Assembly: GCA_965206745.1 (NCBI GenBank)
Contig: OZ242220.1
Location: forward strand, 1,248,001 to 1,312,000
Length of the DNA stretch: 64,000 bases
DNA from: Nitrosopumilus sp.
GTDB lineage: Archaea > Thermoproteota > Nitrososphaeria > Nitrososphaerales > Nitrosopumilaceae
Direction of reading: 5' to 3'
The notes below the pieces were generated by a model. That model was not told the origin of the DNA, ran no database searches, and worked only from the letters and a program-made list of their open reading frames with translations. A program made the position numbers and the translations under genes. Each line of letters begins with the position of its first letter. Position 1 is the first letter of the stretch. Positions 8,645 to 18,813 of this stretch are shown piece by piece.

Positions 8645-11600
8645 CTATTTCAACAGTTCCATTATTTTCTGCGCCTTGTCCTGCTCAATGTGTAATTCCT
8701 CTGCAAGTTTGTCCATCTTTGAGATCCCATAGATTACACCAGAATAGTCATAGCTAAAGGTCTGGTCAGGTACTGGAACCTGATTGCTTGCATTAAACAT
8801 CATAGTGGCCTTCTCCCGCTCCTCCTGCATTAGATTTCCAAAGTTAGAGTGCAGCCTAGTCATCACGTTGACTGCCCCGTCAACGAACCTATCAACCTCT
8901 GGTGCAGTAACTGAGAACCAGCTGCCATGATCATTTTGTGTCCACAGATATCCTGAATCATCCTCCCAGATGTTGTATCTCCTATCCTGCTGGACAAGTG
9001 TGATCATCTCTACCGGACCCTGATTTGTCTTTTTCTGCACCATATGATGCGTGTTTGGCGCAAGTAATGATTGACCTGTAAACTCTATACCCTCGTTGAT
9101 GTACGTTACGGTACTGCGTCGCTTGTAATCTACTGCAGATATTGCCAGCACATCTGATTTTAGTGGCGCATCAACCTTGAAATCTATATCAAAAGAGTAG
9201 CATGGAGTGGCAGAGCTTGGGTTGCACAGTACCTTGGTGACTGTAGCAGCGGTCTTGTTTGCGTCTACTAGTGATTCCTTTTGCTCATGAATTATCTCTG
9301 TAATGTCGTAATCATCAGGATTGTCATAGTTTCGATTCAGCATTAGTATGATGTCAGTTTCGGCATCAGATACGGCACCAATTTCGGGTACCCCGAGGGA
9401 CAATGTCACATACCTGAATCCGTCAGGTGAGAATGCCTTGAGCGTTACGCTGTTTGTCTCACCGATTATTGATGAAATCTTTCTAAATTCAGTATGCCAG
9501 TTATCAGAGATATCAAGGGCATGGTCGTTGAATGTGAATCCGTCAGTGACTAGCTGCGATGAGGATATCTCCCATGATTTGCCAAAGGTTGGCTTTTTCT
9601 TCCAGTCATTTGAGCTGCCGCCAGAGTTCTCAGCCAGTATCAGCACGGCAGTCCTTGGCACGTATTCCCTGCTATCGTCCTGATATGACCAGGTAAACAC
9701 AAACGATCTTGAATCCACATTCATTAGATAGCTATCATCGAATTGTCCTGAGAATTCACCTGTCTGCCCATCTAGTGAGGATGCGATATCATCAGGCAGG
9801 TTGCCCATGTTTTTGATTCTGTATGTTATGGATGTATCTGCCGGGTCCTCTTCAGGATCCATTACTGCCATACTAAGGCTTGGAATGAATCCTCCTAGTC
9901 TTGCAGTTTGGAAATAGGTTCTAAAATTAGGGCGTTCATTTTGTGGGGTCAGTATCCCACATCGGTCATTTTGGAGTGCTCTTATAGAGCCAGTTTGTTC
10001 AAGTGGTACATATTCTGAGCCATCTTGAAAGGTCCAACCAAATCCATATGTGATACTATCGCCAGTAGTTACTTCATCACAGATAAATGCCGCCATAAAG
10101 TCCCCAGTTCTAAGATCCAGAGACGCTGCAATGTATTCAGGTAAATCGCTATTAATGCCAGTGGGATCGCTAGCGTTAGTTATTGTGTATATTGATGTCC
10201 CATCTGGAGGATTTTCAGGAGGGTTGGATACAGCAATTGAGAGACTTGGAGGTAATACACCCTCTAATACGCTTGGCTGATATCTGATAAATGTGGGCGC
10301 ATCATTTTCTGACGTGAGACAATCAGGATTATTAAATAGTGTCATCACACTTGGTGGGGCATCGTATTCATCGTTATCGTCCTCAAATGACCAAGCAAAT
10401 GGATATTGTGTCTGTCCGCTGTCTAACGTGCCACATGGAAACATCATGTCAAAGTCACCGGTTGCCATAATCAGAGAATCTGTCATGTTCATATCTATAG
10501 AACCAGGATTAGTGATTCGGTATACCGACGTGTCTGGACTATCCTCAGGAGGATTTGATACAGCAATTGAGAGACTTGGAATTGGTTGCCCTTCGTATAC
10601 ATCTTCTTCATATGCACTAACTACAGGCACTTCATTTTCTGATGTGATACATTCAAGGTTGTCAATTACGTTAAATGTGGCATTGCCTTGTTGGGGCATT
10701 CTATTGCCATCCTCAAATGACCACTCGATGGTTATAGTGGCTTGGTCATCCCTTGTTGATGTGTCACATGCAAACGTTTCTCCAAAATCACCGGATGTAG
10801 TATTAAAGGAATCCAGAATGTTTTGAGGCAGAGAATCTGAATTTGTAATGTTGTATATGGATATCTCATCTGTCGTTTCCTCAGGAGGATTTGTAACTCC
10901 AGTTGAGAGGCCAGGAATTGGTTCATCCTCTAGCACATCACGTGTAAAGTCCACTACAACTGGTACTTCATTTTCAGGTGTGGGGTTCAAGTTAGCATTG
11001 TTATTGACTGTTATTGAAGCAAGCTGGGGCATTGATTCTTCAGAACCATCCCCAAATGTCCAAGAGAAGAAGAAGATGGTGCTGTCAGTTGTGGTATCAG
11101 ATGGGAACATGGCTGAGAATCCACCAGTTGTTGCATTCAGAGACTCTGTAATGGACGGAGGCAGATCTCCGATCTTAAAGATTCGGTATACGGGATCTTC
11201 AGGATATTCGAATGAATTTGTAACTACGGTGGACAGAGAAGGAATGGTATTTCCCTCCAATACTGTTGGGTGATACATAAAGGTGGCAGGCAAGATGTCT
11301 ATATTGACAATCCCAGTATGGGATCTATCCTTTCCAAGTATGGTGACATCTCCAGAGCGATCGTCTGAATTTTCGTTATACAGCACTGCAAAGCTGTCAG
11401 ATATTTCATTCAGAGCAGATCCAGTGTATGCTATGTCAAGGTGATTCTCTGCAGGAAGGAGTCGGACAGTACCAGCATTTGGTTGTGTTGTAACGATTCC
11501 AGTTAGGATATCCCCGTCATGATCCGTTATGGCTCCTATGATCTGACGCGTGTCATTGCCTACAGGGATCGATTCTAGGTCAATGATGGGAGGATTATCC

Positions 11601-12274
11601 TCAAGTATTCTAAAATCGAGGGTCTCAAAGTCAGTTAAAAGGTTGTTGTCTGACAAACGATCATCTGCGAAAAATGTAACACTTACAGTGGTACCACCAA
11701 GATTTTCACTTGGAGCAAATGTGAACACTCCATTGGAAGTGATTGGCACGATATCGGCCCTGCTTGTTCTCCAATGTATCGTGTCATCATTGAGATCAAA
11801 AGCGGTTAAAGTACCTGTTGCCGTTTCAAATTCATAAAGTTCTATCGGGCCGACTGGAAAGTTAACTATTATTGGAGCTAGTGTGCCTACAGCTGTATCT
11901 CGCTCAGATACATCAAATGAAAGTGTTTTAGTATCTGTTCGACCAGTAGAATCAGTCAGAGTAATTACAAATTCAACAGTTTGACGGCCATGAATCTCAC
12001 CGGGAATCCATGTAAATTGTCCGCTGTTCGGATCAATCCGCGCATTTACATTATTACTTGATATACTCCATGTCAGGGTATCACCATCAGTATCCATACC
12101 CATCAAGGTAAAGTCTACGGATTGATATTCGTCAGGTGTCAGATTGGCACTGCTTGGAACCGTTATCACGGGAGGTGCTTCGCCTACCACATGATCAGTT
12201 GCAAATACAGAAGAGATTGTGATTACTATAGAGAATGCACTACATACCATAACTAGAAATCGTATATTATTCAT
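8645..12274 (-). CDS. large exported surface protein with cadherin/Ig-like repeats
   Basis: likely start at Met49 of the track ORF (MNNIRFLVMVCSAFSIVITISSVFA signal; TTTATATA about 25 bp upstream); D.DGD.L.W, TG.F.W.P and EN..P linkers; very acidic. Confidence 0.8.
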   Translation of the reverse strand: MNNIRFLVMVCSAFSIVITISSVFATDHVVGEAPPVITVPSSANLTPDEYQSVDFTLMGMDTDGDTLTWSISSNNVNARIDPNSGQFTWIPGEIHGRQTVEFVITLTDSTGRTDTKTLSFDVSERDTAVGTLAPIIVNFPVGPIELYEFETATGTLTAFDLNDDTIHWRTSRADIVPITSNGVFTFAPSENLGGTTVSVTFFADDRLSDNNLLTDFETLDFRILEDNPPIIDLESIPVGNDTRQIIGAITDHDGDILTGIVTTQPNAGTVRLLPAENHLDIAYTGSALNEISDSFAVLYNENSDDRSGDVTILGKDRSHTGIVNIDILPATFMYHPTVLEGNTIPSLSTVVTNSFEYPEDPVYRIFKIGDLPPSITESLNATTGGFSAMFPSDTTTDSTIFFFSWTFGDGSEESMPQLASITVNNNANLNPTPENEVPVVVDFTRDVLEDEPIPGLSTGVTNPPEETTDEISIYNITNSDSLPQNILDSFNTTSGDFGETFACDTSTRDDQATITIEWSFEDGNRMPQQGNATFNVIDNLECITSENEVPVVSAYEEDVYEGQPIPSLSIAVSNPPEDSPDTSVYRITNPGSIDMNMTDSLIMATGDFDMMFPCGTLDSGQTQYPFAWSFEDDNDEYDAPPSVMTLFNNPDCLTSENDAPTFIRYQPSVLEGVLPPSLSIAVSNPPENPPDGTSIYTITNASDPTGINSDLPEYIAASLDLRTGDFMAAFICDEVTTGDSITYGFGWTFQDGSEYVPLEQTGSIRALQNDRCGILTPQNERPNFRTYFQTARLGGFIPSLSMAVMDPEEDPADTSITYRIKNMGNLPDDIASSLDGQTGEFSGQFDDSYLMNVDSRSFVFTWSYQDDSREYVPRTAVLILAENSGGSSNDWKKKPTFGKSWEISSSQLVTDGFTFNDHALDISDNWHTEFRKISSIIGETNSVTLKAFSPDGFRYVTLSLGVPEIGAVSDAETDIILMLNRNYDNPDDYDITEIIHEQKESLVDANKTAATVTKVLCNPSSATPCYSFDIDFKVDAPLKSDVLAISAVDYKRRSTVTYINEGIEFTGQSLLAPNTHHMVQKKTNQGPVEMITLVQQDRRYNIWEDDSGYLWTQNDHGSWFSVTAPEVDRFVDGAVNVMTRLHSNFGNLMQEEREKATMMFNASNQVPVPDQTFSYDYSGVIYGISKMDKLAEELHIEQDKAQKIMELLK

Positions 12275-12736
12275 GGCGAGTATATACACAATATACATAT
12301 ATAAACCGTTTTCACATATTGAACCCAAACAAAGATTGAAAACTAGACATGCATAACTATAACATGACAGAATCATACCATACACTTTCAAGTTCTTGAG
12401 ATTGGGCCCACTGTTCAATTATGAATCAGAGTTTTCAAATTTTTGGCCCATGATCTCCAGTTCTAAGCATGATGGAATACGAACTCTTATTTTGATTCAG
12501 TCATACATCAAGATTTTGATCCTTTGCCAATTAATCAGATTCAGCCAAGTTTGAGGACGCCAAATCAGTGTGATACATATGCTCAATGCCCCATCAAGCA
12601 CGTCATTGGCATCTTCCCATGCCTTTGATGTTATTTTTGCCATCTCATGTTTTTGCCATGGTTTTGGCACTGCAGTTTCCAGAATTTGGAATCACTGGGG
12701 GATAAAGATATAATGAAATGAGTTTTTTGACTAAAT

Positions 12737-13138
12737 ATGTCAGCAGGACAGATGCCACCATGGCTTCAAGAGCAATTAATGAAAATGCAGCAGACTCAAC
12801 AGAACCTGCAATCCATTATGACTCAGAAACAGCATCTAGACATCGAAAAAGCAGAAACAGAAAAAGCTCTTGAAGAGTTACGCAAAGTCGCCGATGGCGA
12901 TGCAGTGTTTAAACAAACAGGTACAGTCTTGATTAAATCCAAAAAACAGGAATTAATGGATGAGTTGGAAGAGCGAATTGAGCTTGTTAAAACACGTGCC
13001 ACAGTTCTTGAAAAACAAGAGACACGCACCAAGGAGACCCTCAAGGAGCAAGAAGCAAAGATCACAGAGATGATGAAAGGCGGCTCTGCAAACGCCCCTC
13101 CAAATTCACCTCAGGTACAAGACGATCCTAGAAAATAA
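12737..13138 (+). CDS. pfdB: prefoldin subunit beta
   Basis: MPPWLQEQL coiled coil, VFKQTGTVLIK hairpin. Confidence 0.93.
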   Translation: MSAGQMPPWLQEQLMKMQQTQQNLQSIMTQKQHLDIEKAETEKALEELRKVADGDAVFKQTGTVLIKSKKQELMDELEERIELVKTRATVLEKQETRTKETLKEQEAKITEMMKGGSANAPPNSPQVQDDPRK

Positions 13139-13189
13139 TCTCTAGGGCTATTCCATACAAGATATTAAGAATTCATTTCAGATAATATT

Positions 13190-13876
13190 GTGAAGTTAGA
13201 GAACCTCAGAATTGTTGCAGATGAGAGGGAACGAAAAAGTGGAATCCCGGATTTACTAAAATCAATCGGATTAGATATTGAGATGAAGACACTTCCCATC
13301 GGCGATTACATTGTTGCACCTGAAACTATTGTTGAGCGAAAAAGCATACGTGATCTTATGGCCTCCATCTTTGACGGCAGGCTTTTTGATCAATGCTCCA
13401 GACTAAAGGAACACTTTGAGCATCCCGTTGTTCTGATGGAAGGCAACGTCGATGAGATTGAAGAGATTGCCGAAAATCCTTTGGTTTTTTATGGCGCCCT
13501 CTCAACTATAATACTTGATTTTAAAATTCCCGTGATTCCTACTCCTAGTGCTGCTCACAGTGCAAAACTTTTGGTGTCCATGTGTTGTAGAAAAGATGCT
13601 CCCAAAGGACCGTATTTGAAAAAGATCAAAAAATCAGCAGATTTGGAAAAGCAGCAGCTTTCAGTTCTGTGCAGTTTGCCGGGAATTGGGGAAAAATACG
13701 CAGTCAGGATGCTAACAAAGTTTGGAACCCCGCTAAAAGTTTTCAGTGCGACTACCGCAGAGCTGGCAAAAGTTGAAGGTTTGGGCCAAGCTCGCGCAAA
13801 AAAGATTAAAAAAACCCTCAGTACCAAAAGTAAATTTCTAAAAGCGACAAACCAAAAAACCCTGCATGATTCCTAA
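13190..13876 (+). CDS. xpf: XPF/ERCC4 structure-specific endonuclease (short form, with HhH2)
   Basis: VADERE, GDY, VERKSIRDL nuclease motif; LPGIG and VEGLG HhH motifs; C-terminal QKTL PIP-like motif. Confidence 0.92.
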   Translation: MKLENLRIVADERERKSGIPDLLKSIGLDIEMKTLPIGDYIVAPETIVERKSIRDLMASIFDGRLFDQCSRLKEHFEHPVVLMEGNVDEIEEIAENPLVFYGALSTIILDFKIPVIPTPSAAHSAKLLVSMCCRKDAPKGPYLKKIKKSADLEKQQLSVLCSLPGIGEKYAVRMLTKFGTPLKVFSATTAELAKVEGLGQARAKKIKKTLSTKSKFLKATNQKTLHDS

Positions 13877-13978
13877 ATCCTCTTTTGATGTATAAATCAG
13901 CACCCAACTTACCAGAGTAATCAAGACACATAGATGAAAGGAACGAATGTTAAAATTCCATGTTAAATCTTTGAAATT

Positions 13979-15013
13979 ATGGAAAAAATGCGTGCGATGG
14001 TACTTTCTGAATGTGCCAAGATAGAGACAGAGCCATTGAAACTTACTGAAATTGACAAGCATGAGATTAAAAGACCAAATGAGATTTTATTAAAAATCGA
14101 GGCATGTGGAGTGTGCCATTCACAACTTCATGGAATTGAGGGGGATTGGAAGGAGATTGGAATACCTCCAACATTGCCAACGGTTCCAGGACATGAGGTT
14201 GTGGGAAGAGTGGTTCAGGTAGGAGACAAGGTTACCAAATTTAAAATTGGAGATAGAGCAGGAATCACGCCATTGTTAGAGGCATGCGAAGAATGCCAAT
14301 ATTGTAAGGAAGGAAAAGAGTATCTTTGTGAATCGGCAATAATTACAGGAGAGTCATTCAAAGGCGGATACGCAGAATACATCACGGTGATTGAAGATTT
14401 TGCAACCAAAGTCCCAGACAGCATGAAGGCAGAATACGCAGCCCCGTTATTCTGTGCAGGAATTACAGCATACAAAGCAGTCAAAGCTGCAGAGCCAAAA
14501 CAAAATAAGAAGATGGGCATCTTCGGAATCGGAGGAGTGGGACACATGGCAATACAATTTGCCAGAGTAGAAAAATGCAATGTCATTGCATTTTCCAGAT
14601 CACAGAATCATCTTGATGTTGCAAAGAGACTAGGTGCAACAGATGCCATGGTATTTTCTGAAAATCAACAGGAATTTCTAGAGACATTAAAAGAAAAACA
14701 CGGTATGCTAGATGTTGCAATTGTATTTGCTCCATCAGACATCGTAACAGATACTGCAATAAAATCAGTAAAAAAAGGAGGATTGATAATAGTAGGCACC
14801 ATAGGTGATAATCCATCATTTATGCCATTTGAGGAAAAAACAATCCGTGGAACATTGATAGGTTCAACAAAGGACATGGAACAGGTGATCAAAATTTGCG
14901 ATGCAGAAAACATAGAAGTGATCTCCCAAACATTCCCACTAGAGGAGGCAAATCAGGCGCTCAAGAAATTAAAGAGTTCCCAAATCCAAGCAAGGGCGGT
15001 TTTGATTCCGTAA
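13979..15013 (+). CDS. zinc-dependent alcohol dehydrogenase
   Basis: CGVCHS, GHEVVG, CEECQYC...C structural Zn site, GIGGVG. Confidence 0.95.
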   Translation: MEKMRAMVLSECAKIETEPLKLTEIDKHEIKRPNEILLKIEACGVCHSQLHGIEGDWKEIGIPPTLPTVPGHEVVGRVVQVGDKVTKFKIGDRAGITPLLEACEECQYCKEGKEYLCESAIITGESFKGGYAEYITVIEDFATKVPDSMKAEYAAPLFCAGITAYKAVKAAEPKQNKKMGIFGIGGVGHMAIQFARVEKCNVIAFSRSQNHLDVAKRLGATDAMVFSENQQEFLETLKEKHGMLDVAIVFAPSDIVTDTAIKSVKKGGLIIVGTIGDNPSFMPFEEKTIRGTLIGSTKDMEQVIKICDAENIEVISQTFPLEEANQALKKLKSSQIQARAVLIP

Positions 15014-15049
15014 TTCTTGGCTTAAATATTAGAAGAAATAGTTTTGGAT

Positions 15050-15202
15050 ATGAACTGTAACAGATGCCATCACACCGATGAGGCCCACAGCAGAAATGAA
15101 GATAGCAATTCCCTTATCAAAGCTGGAAAATGCCAAATCACCACATGCACATGCCAACAATACCAGGATCCAATTCAGAAGATTGACGAGGAACTTTTGT
15201 AA
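15050..15202 (+). CDS. small Cys/His-rich putative zinc-binding protein (50 aa; not in ORF track)
   Basis: MNCNRCHHTDEAHSRNEDSNSLIKAGKCQITTCTCQQYQDPIQKIDEELL; TTAAATA about 25 bp upstream; fills the intergenic gap. Confidence 0.75.
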   Translation: MNCNRCHHTDEAHSRNEDSNSLIKAGKCQITTCTCQQYQDPIQKIDEELL

Positions 15203-15234
15203 CGATTCATATATCAAAATTATTCAAGTTAGTC

Positions 15235-15471
15235 ATGGACAAGCACAAGCCATCAGATGAAATGATCAAGGATTTGGATAACCTGTTATCAAAGCTGAAC
15301 GCCATGGAGATTGTCGCATCAGATGAATTTCAAAAAAATTCAATCAAAGTTCAAAGGGCGCTAGTAGAAGGTCAAATGCATTCAATAAATGAATTTCAGC
15401 ATTTGAAAAAGGCTATCGACTTGCTGACTTTGCAATTATTTGACGTTCAAAATAAGATCAATTCATCCTAG
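15235..15471 (+). CDS. hypothetical helical protein
   Basis: 78-aa coiled-coil-like ORF. Confidence 0.7.
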   Translation: MDKHKPSDEMIKDLDNLLSKLNAMEIVASDEFQKNSIKVQRALVEGQMHSINEFQHLKKAIDLLTLQLFDVQNKINSS

Positions 15472-15949
15472 TATCGCTTAATCCGCATCCAGTACATCTT
15501 AAGAGAGTAGATTTTTCAAGAATCTTTTCAGGTTTCATTTCAGCACCACAGCAAAGACATGTAATGCTTTCTGGATTTGTATCTTCAGACTTTCGCACAA
15601 CATAGTCCGGCTTTGCTGTCTGAATATCAGCAGAGTTGCATCGGGGTTTGTAGTAGGAAATTATTTTATTGAGTATGTTTTGTCTACGTTGAGCACTAGA
15701 CTCAAACAAAGGCAATACTGCAAGATACAGTGATTTTTCTGACCCCGAATGCTCAATCCAGCACTGGTGTTGAGAGTGTAGGGCAAAGAATGACTCATCA
15801 TCAGTCTTTTCACAATCGCCCACATAGAGAATATCGAATTTATCGTTATCTCTGGAAAGAACCAGATAAACCAATTTTTCCATGGGAGGCCCCCATTCCT
15901 CAAGAGGGATCGGCCCAAGAAACTCGTACTGAAGAATTTGAATGCTCAA
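15458..15949 (-). CDS. GIY-YIG-like domain plus C-terminal zinc ribbon
   Basis: LVYLVL...ILYVGD, late YKPRCN; CLCC...CTGC ribbon. Confidence 0.6.
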   Translation of the reverse strand: MSIQILQYEFLGPIPLEEWGPPMEKLVYLVLSRDNDKFDILYVGDCEKTDDESFFALHSQHQCWIEHSGSEKSLYLAVLPLFESSAQRRQNILNKIISYYKPRCNSADIQTAKPDYVVRKSEDTNPESITCLCCGAEMKPEKILEKSTLLRCTGCGLSDTRMN

Positions 15950-16070
15950 TGTAATGTAATTTTCAGTACTTTCTTTTCATCTTTTCTCAAAAAACCCCCT
16001 ACTGAGACCAAGTTGATCGCAAAATCCCAACATGAAAAGATTAAATTCAAGAGTTTTGGATTTCCCATAA

Positions 16071-16325
16071 ATGAAGGATCCTCACAATTATGCCAAAGTA
16101 GGTTATTCGATGATTCTGGTGGCAGGTAGTTTAGCAGCAATAGGAATCATAGGTCTGTTTCTGGCAGATGACGTATTGTTATCAGACAATTGGTCAAGGG
16201 ACAAAACTGCTCATTTTAACGAATGCAAATCAAATGATTTTGTTCCAGATGATTGCATAAAATACAGAGAGAGAATCAACAACGACATATCAGGAATTTA
16301 CGTGGATCCATCAAAGTGGAAGTAA
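16071..16325 (+). CDS. small membrane protein
   Basis: one TM helix and two Cys in the C-terminal part. Confidence 0.65.
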   Translation: MKDPHNYAKVGYSMILVAGSLAAIGIIGLFLADDVLLSDNWSRDKTAHFNECKSNDFVPDDCIKYRERINNDISGIYVDPSKWK

Positions 16326-16326
16326 A

Positions 16327-17013
16327 TCAGAACCCATGGGCATAGTCTTCCACCATATTTCGACTTTGAGTCAGGCGATTCATGGCAAAAAATGCGCCTC
16401 CCACAATTCCAGCTTGGTAAAAAGTATACAAGAGAACGCCAGATGATGTAGGATCAGATTTTGTAAAGCTCAAGGCAAGCATGGTAAAGAATACAAAGGT
16501 TCCAACAAATGTGATCAGCCTGTTTACGATACCGGCATCCATTCCGACAATTCGTTTAGTAGCAGATGCCATCAATCCAATACTTGTGAGAATCAAAAAA
16601 GTTGCACCGCCGTTTGCAGTGATGAATGTGTTTAGCCATGGCAAGAGTCCATCTTCTAGCAACGCAACATCAGGCATTACACTGCCACCATTGATTGCAA
16701 AATTTACGGAGCTAAACATGCCGCCGATGACAAAAAAGAACAAAAATATTTTTATGATTGATCTTTTGATAGGTCGGCATATTTCTGTAGGTTTTACAGC
16801 TTTTTCAGTAATTCTGATCCCGTAAATGAATCCCACAGCCATGGCAGGGATAAACATGATATTGATCAGAATCGGCGATTCCCGGTTAATAGTCTCAATT
16901 TGAGGATGAAAGACAAGGAATAGGAGGATTGCAAGAGAGGCAGAAGTGACAAAGAGGAACAGTCCCAGATATCTAGGACCAGTGGATTTCTGATGAGCGT
17001 TCCAATTGTGCAT
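16327..17013 (-). CDS. multi-pass membrane protein
   Basis: about 6 hydrophobic helices. Confidence 0.75.
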   Translation of the reverse strand: MHNWNAHQKSTGPRYLGLFLFVTSASLAILLFLVFHPQIETINRESPILINIMFIPAMAVGFIYGIRITEKAVKPTEICRPIKRSIIKIFLFFFVIGGMFSSVNFAINGGSVMPDVALLEDGLLPWLNTFITANGGATFLILTSIGLMASATKRIVGMDAGIVNRLITFVGTFVFFTMLALSFTKSDPTSSGVLLYTFYQAGIVGGAFFAMNRLTQSRNMVEDYAHGF

Positions 17014-17113
17014 TTTATAGCATCTAAAGAAAATAATTAAAAACCAAATCCGAAAATCATTTGGTCAAAGTATCAATTCTGTTTACCCTTTTTTACTAGA
17101 ATCAACGAGTAAA

Positions 17114-17320
17114 GTGGTGAAAAGTGGAAAAATTCTGATGGTTTTAGGCATCATTGCAGCAATACTAGGCTTTGTTTTTCATCTACAAGGACGATCAGTG
17201 GTAGGGCCGGTATCTTCATTTATGTATTCAAGTCCAGAATGGGTCGATTATGGCTTGGGAATCATGATTGCAGGAGTCATCATTTTGAGTGCGGGGTTTG
17301 CAGTTTTTAGAAAAAACTAG
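17114..17320 (+). CDS. small two-TM membrane protein
   Basis: G.VFHLQG...GP.SSFMY motif between two TM helices. Confidence 0.7.
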   Translation: MVKSGKILMVLGIIAAILGFVFHLQGRSVVGPVSSFMYSSPEWVDYGLGIMIAGVIILSAGFAVFRKN

Positions 17321-17547
17321 TCTGTAACGCGAAGAGTAATCGTGCTTTTAATTTTTGGCAGTTTTCTAATTTCAGATGCTATGATCTCATTGATTTGGGA
17401 GGCAGAATCAGTGACAAACTCAGCTACAATATCATAACTGCCATAAGTAATCAGGCAACTTTTGACCTGAGGAATCTTCGTTAATTGCAAGTAAAGGGAT
17501 TGCTCCTCTCCAATCTCACAGCTGATCAGCATGTATGCTTTTTCCAT
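17317..17547 (-). CDS. Lrp/AsnC ligand-binding (RAM) domain protein
   Basis: AYMLISC, TYGSYDIVAE, IRKLPKIKSTITL. Confidence 0.85.
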   Translation of the reverse strand: MEKAYMLISCEIGEEQSLYLQLTKIPQVKSCLITYGSYDIVAEFVTDSASQINEIIASEIRKLPKIKSTITLRVTD

Positions 17548-17616
17548 CTAATTCATATTTTCTTAAAAATACACCAACATAAAGACATCTGATGAATCAT
17601 CACAGTTTGAGAGATC

Positions 17617-18813
17617 TCAAAAACCGGCAACCATAGGATCTTGCGGTTTCATTATTTCCCTTAGCAGAATTGTCGCAAAGGATCCTCTAGATAATGAAAA
17701 CTCCACCACATCATCACGAACAGAATAATCAGAACAACGTATGGCAGCTTGTCTAAATCCCCCCTCACTGCTTACTTCTTGCATCTCTTTGATGAAGAAA
17801 TCTTTTGGTGAAATTTCTTCTTGTTGCAATATTTTTGAGATTTGAGGATCAAAGCGAGTCTTTTTGTAATAAGAATAGCCAACAAAAGGCAATGCCAAAC
17901 TCTGATCCATGCCCTTGAGATATTTTCCAATAATCCCACGGTTATCAAAGCAGACATCGCCTGGCCGTGCTCCAAAAAGATCTTCTCCGTCTAAAAAAGC
18001 ACAGCTCAATGACTGATTAAAGATAAATGACTGGTACGCTTGGACATAAAATCGTCTTAATGAAACAGGGATTGCGCGTATTGCGCGTATAGGTTCTCCA
18101 TGTAGAATCATTTCTTTTAGAACGATTCTTTCAACATCCATCTGGGCTGGAACCTGATCAAGATATCTGCCATAGTTTGCCTTATCAGAGAGTTTTTCAC
18201 GGACTGCGGTATTCTCTTTAGAGTCATATGGAGAGGTAAATGACAGAATCAGATCAACTGCTTTGCCAAAATCTCGCTGTAAAATAGCCTTGCCAATAAG
18301 GTGTGTGACTGGTCTTTGTGAGCCAAATCTCTGGTATCCGTAAAAATTAAGAACTTTGTCATATTCTACAAAGGAATCTAAATCATTTTGGAATTCAGAA
18401 ATTTTCAGTTTGAAATGGTTGCCAATCATGTCTTTTTTTGAGAGGGGTTTTTTTACAAAGCCCAAATGTTTCAGGGAATATCTATCGCTTGAAAAATCCT
18501 CGATTGGTCGTCCTTTATTTCCAGAGCACACAAATTGCTCTGTAAGGGCTGATGCATCCTTTAATCCAAGAGATTTGAGTCGGATGCCTTTTTTTCTAAA
18601 AATTCCAGATAGTGCATGGTTGGTGTCGATTTTTTTCTTTTTTAGTTTATAGACGGCATAGCCGTTTTCATGGTTGATTGATTTTTCGGTTTTTTCAGAA
18701 ATTATCTCTGTAACTTGGAAATCTTCAGGCTCGACTCTAATTTTGCCTCCAATACCGTGAAATTTTGTGCTATAAACTAAAATTCCAACTTGAGAATCAA
18801 GGTCAGGTATCAC
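17617..18813 (-). CDS. truD: tRNA pseudouridine(13) synthase
   Basis: PEDFQVTE, GLKDASALTEQ, GNHF, NFYGYQRFG, FSLSRGSFAT. Confidence 0.95.
   Translation of the reverse strand: MIPDLDSQVGILVYSTKFHGIGGKIRVEPEDFQVTEIISEKTEKSINHENGYAVYKLKKKKIDTNHALSGIFRKKGIRLKSLGLKDASALTEQFVCSGNKGRPIEDFSSDRYSLKHLGFVKKPLSKKDMIGNHFKLKISEFQNDLDSFVEYDKVLNFYGYQRFGSQRPVTHLIGKAILQRDFGKAVDLILSFTSPYDSKENTAVREKLSDKANYGRYLDQVPAQMDVERIVLKEMILHGEPIRAIRAIPVSLRRFYVQAYQSFIFNQSLSCAFLDGEDLFGARPGDVCFDNRGIIGKYLKGMDQSLALPFVGYSYYKKTRFDPQISKILQQEEISPKDFFIKEMQEVSSEGGFRQAAIRCSDYSVRDDVVEFSLSRGSFATILLREIMKPQDPMVAGF

Noticed and set aside
12275-12418. N-terminal 48-aa extension of the 1257-aa ORF
   Set aside because: It spans the apparent TATA box; the signal peptide begins at Met49 (12274).
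15029-15260. Track ORFs 15029-15217 (-) and 15078-15260 (+)
   Set aside because: Shadow frames of the better supported Cys/His ORF at 15050-15202.
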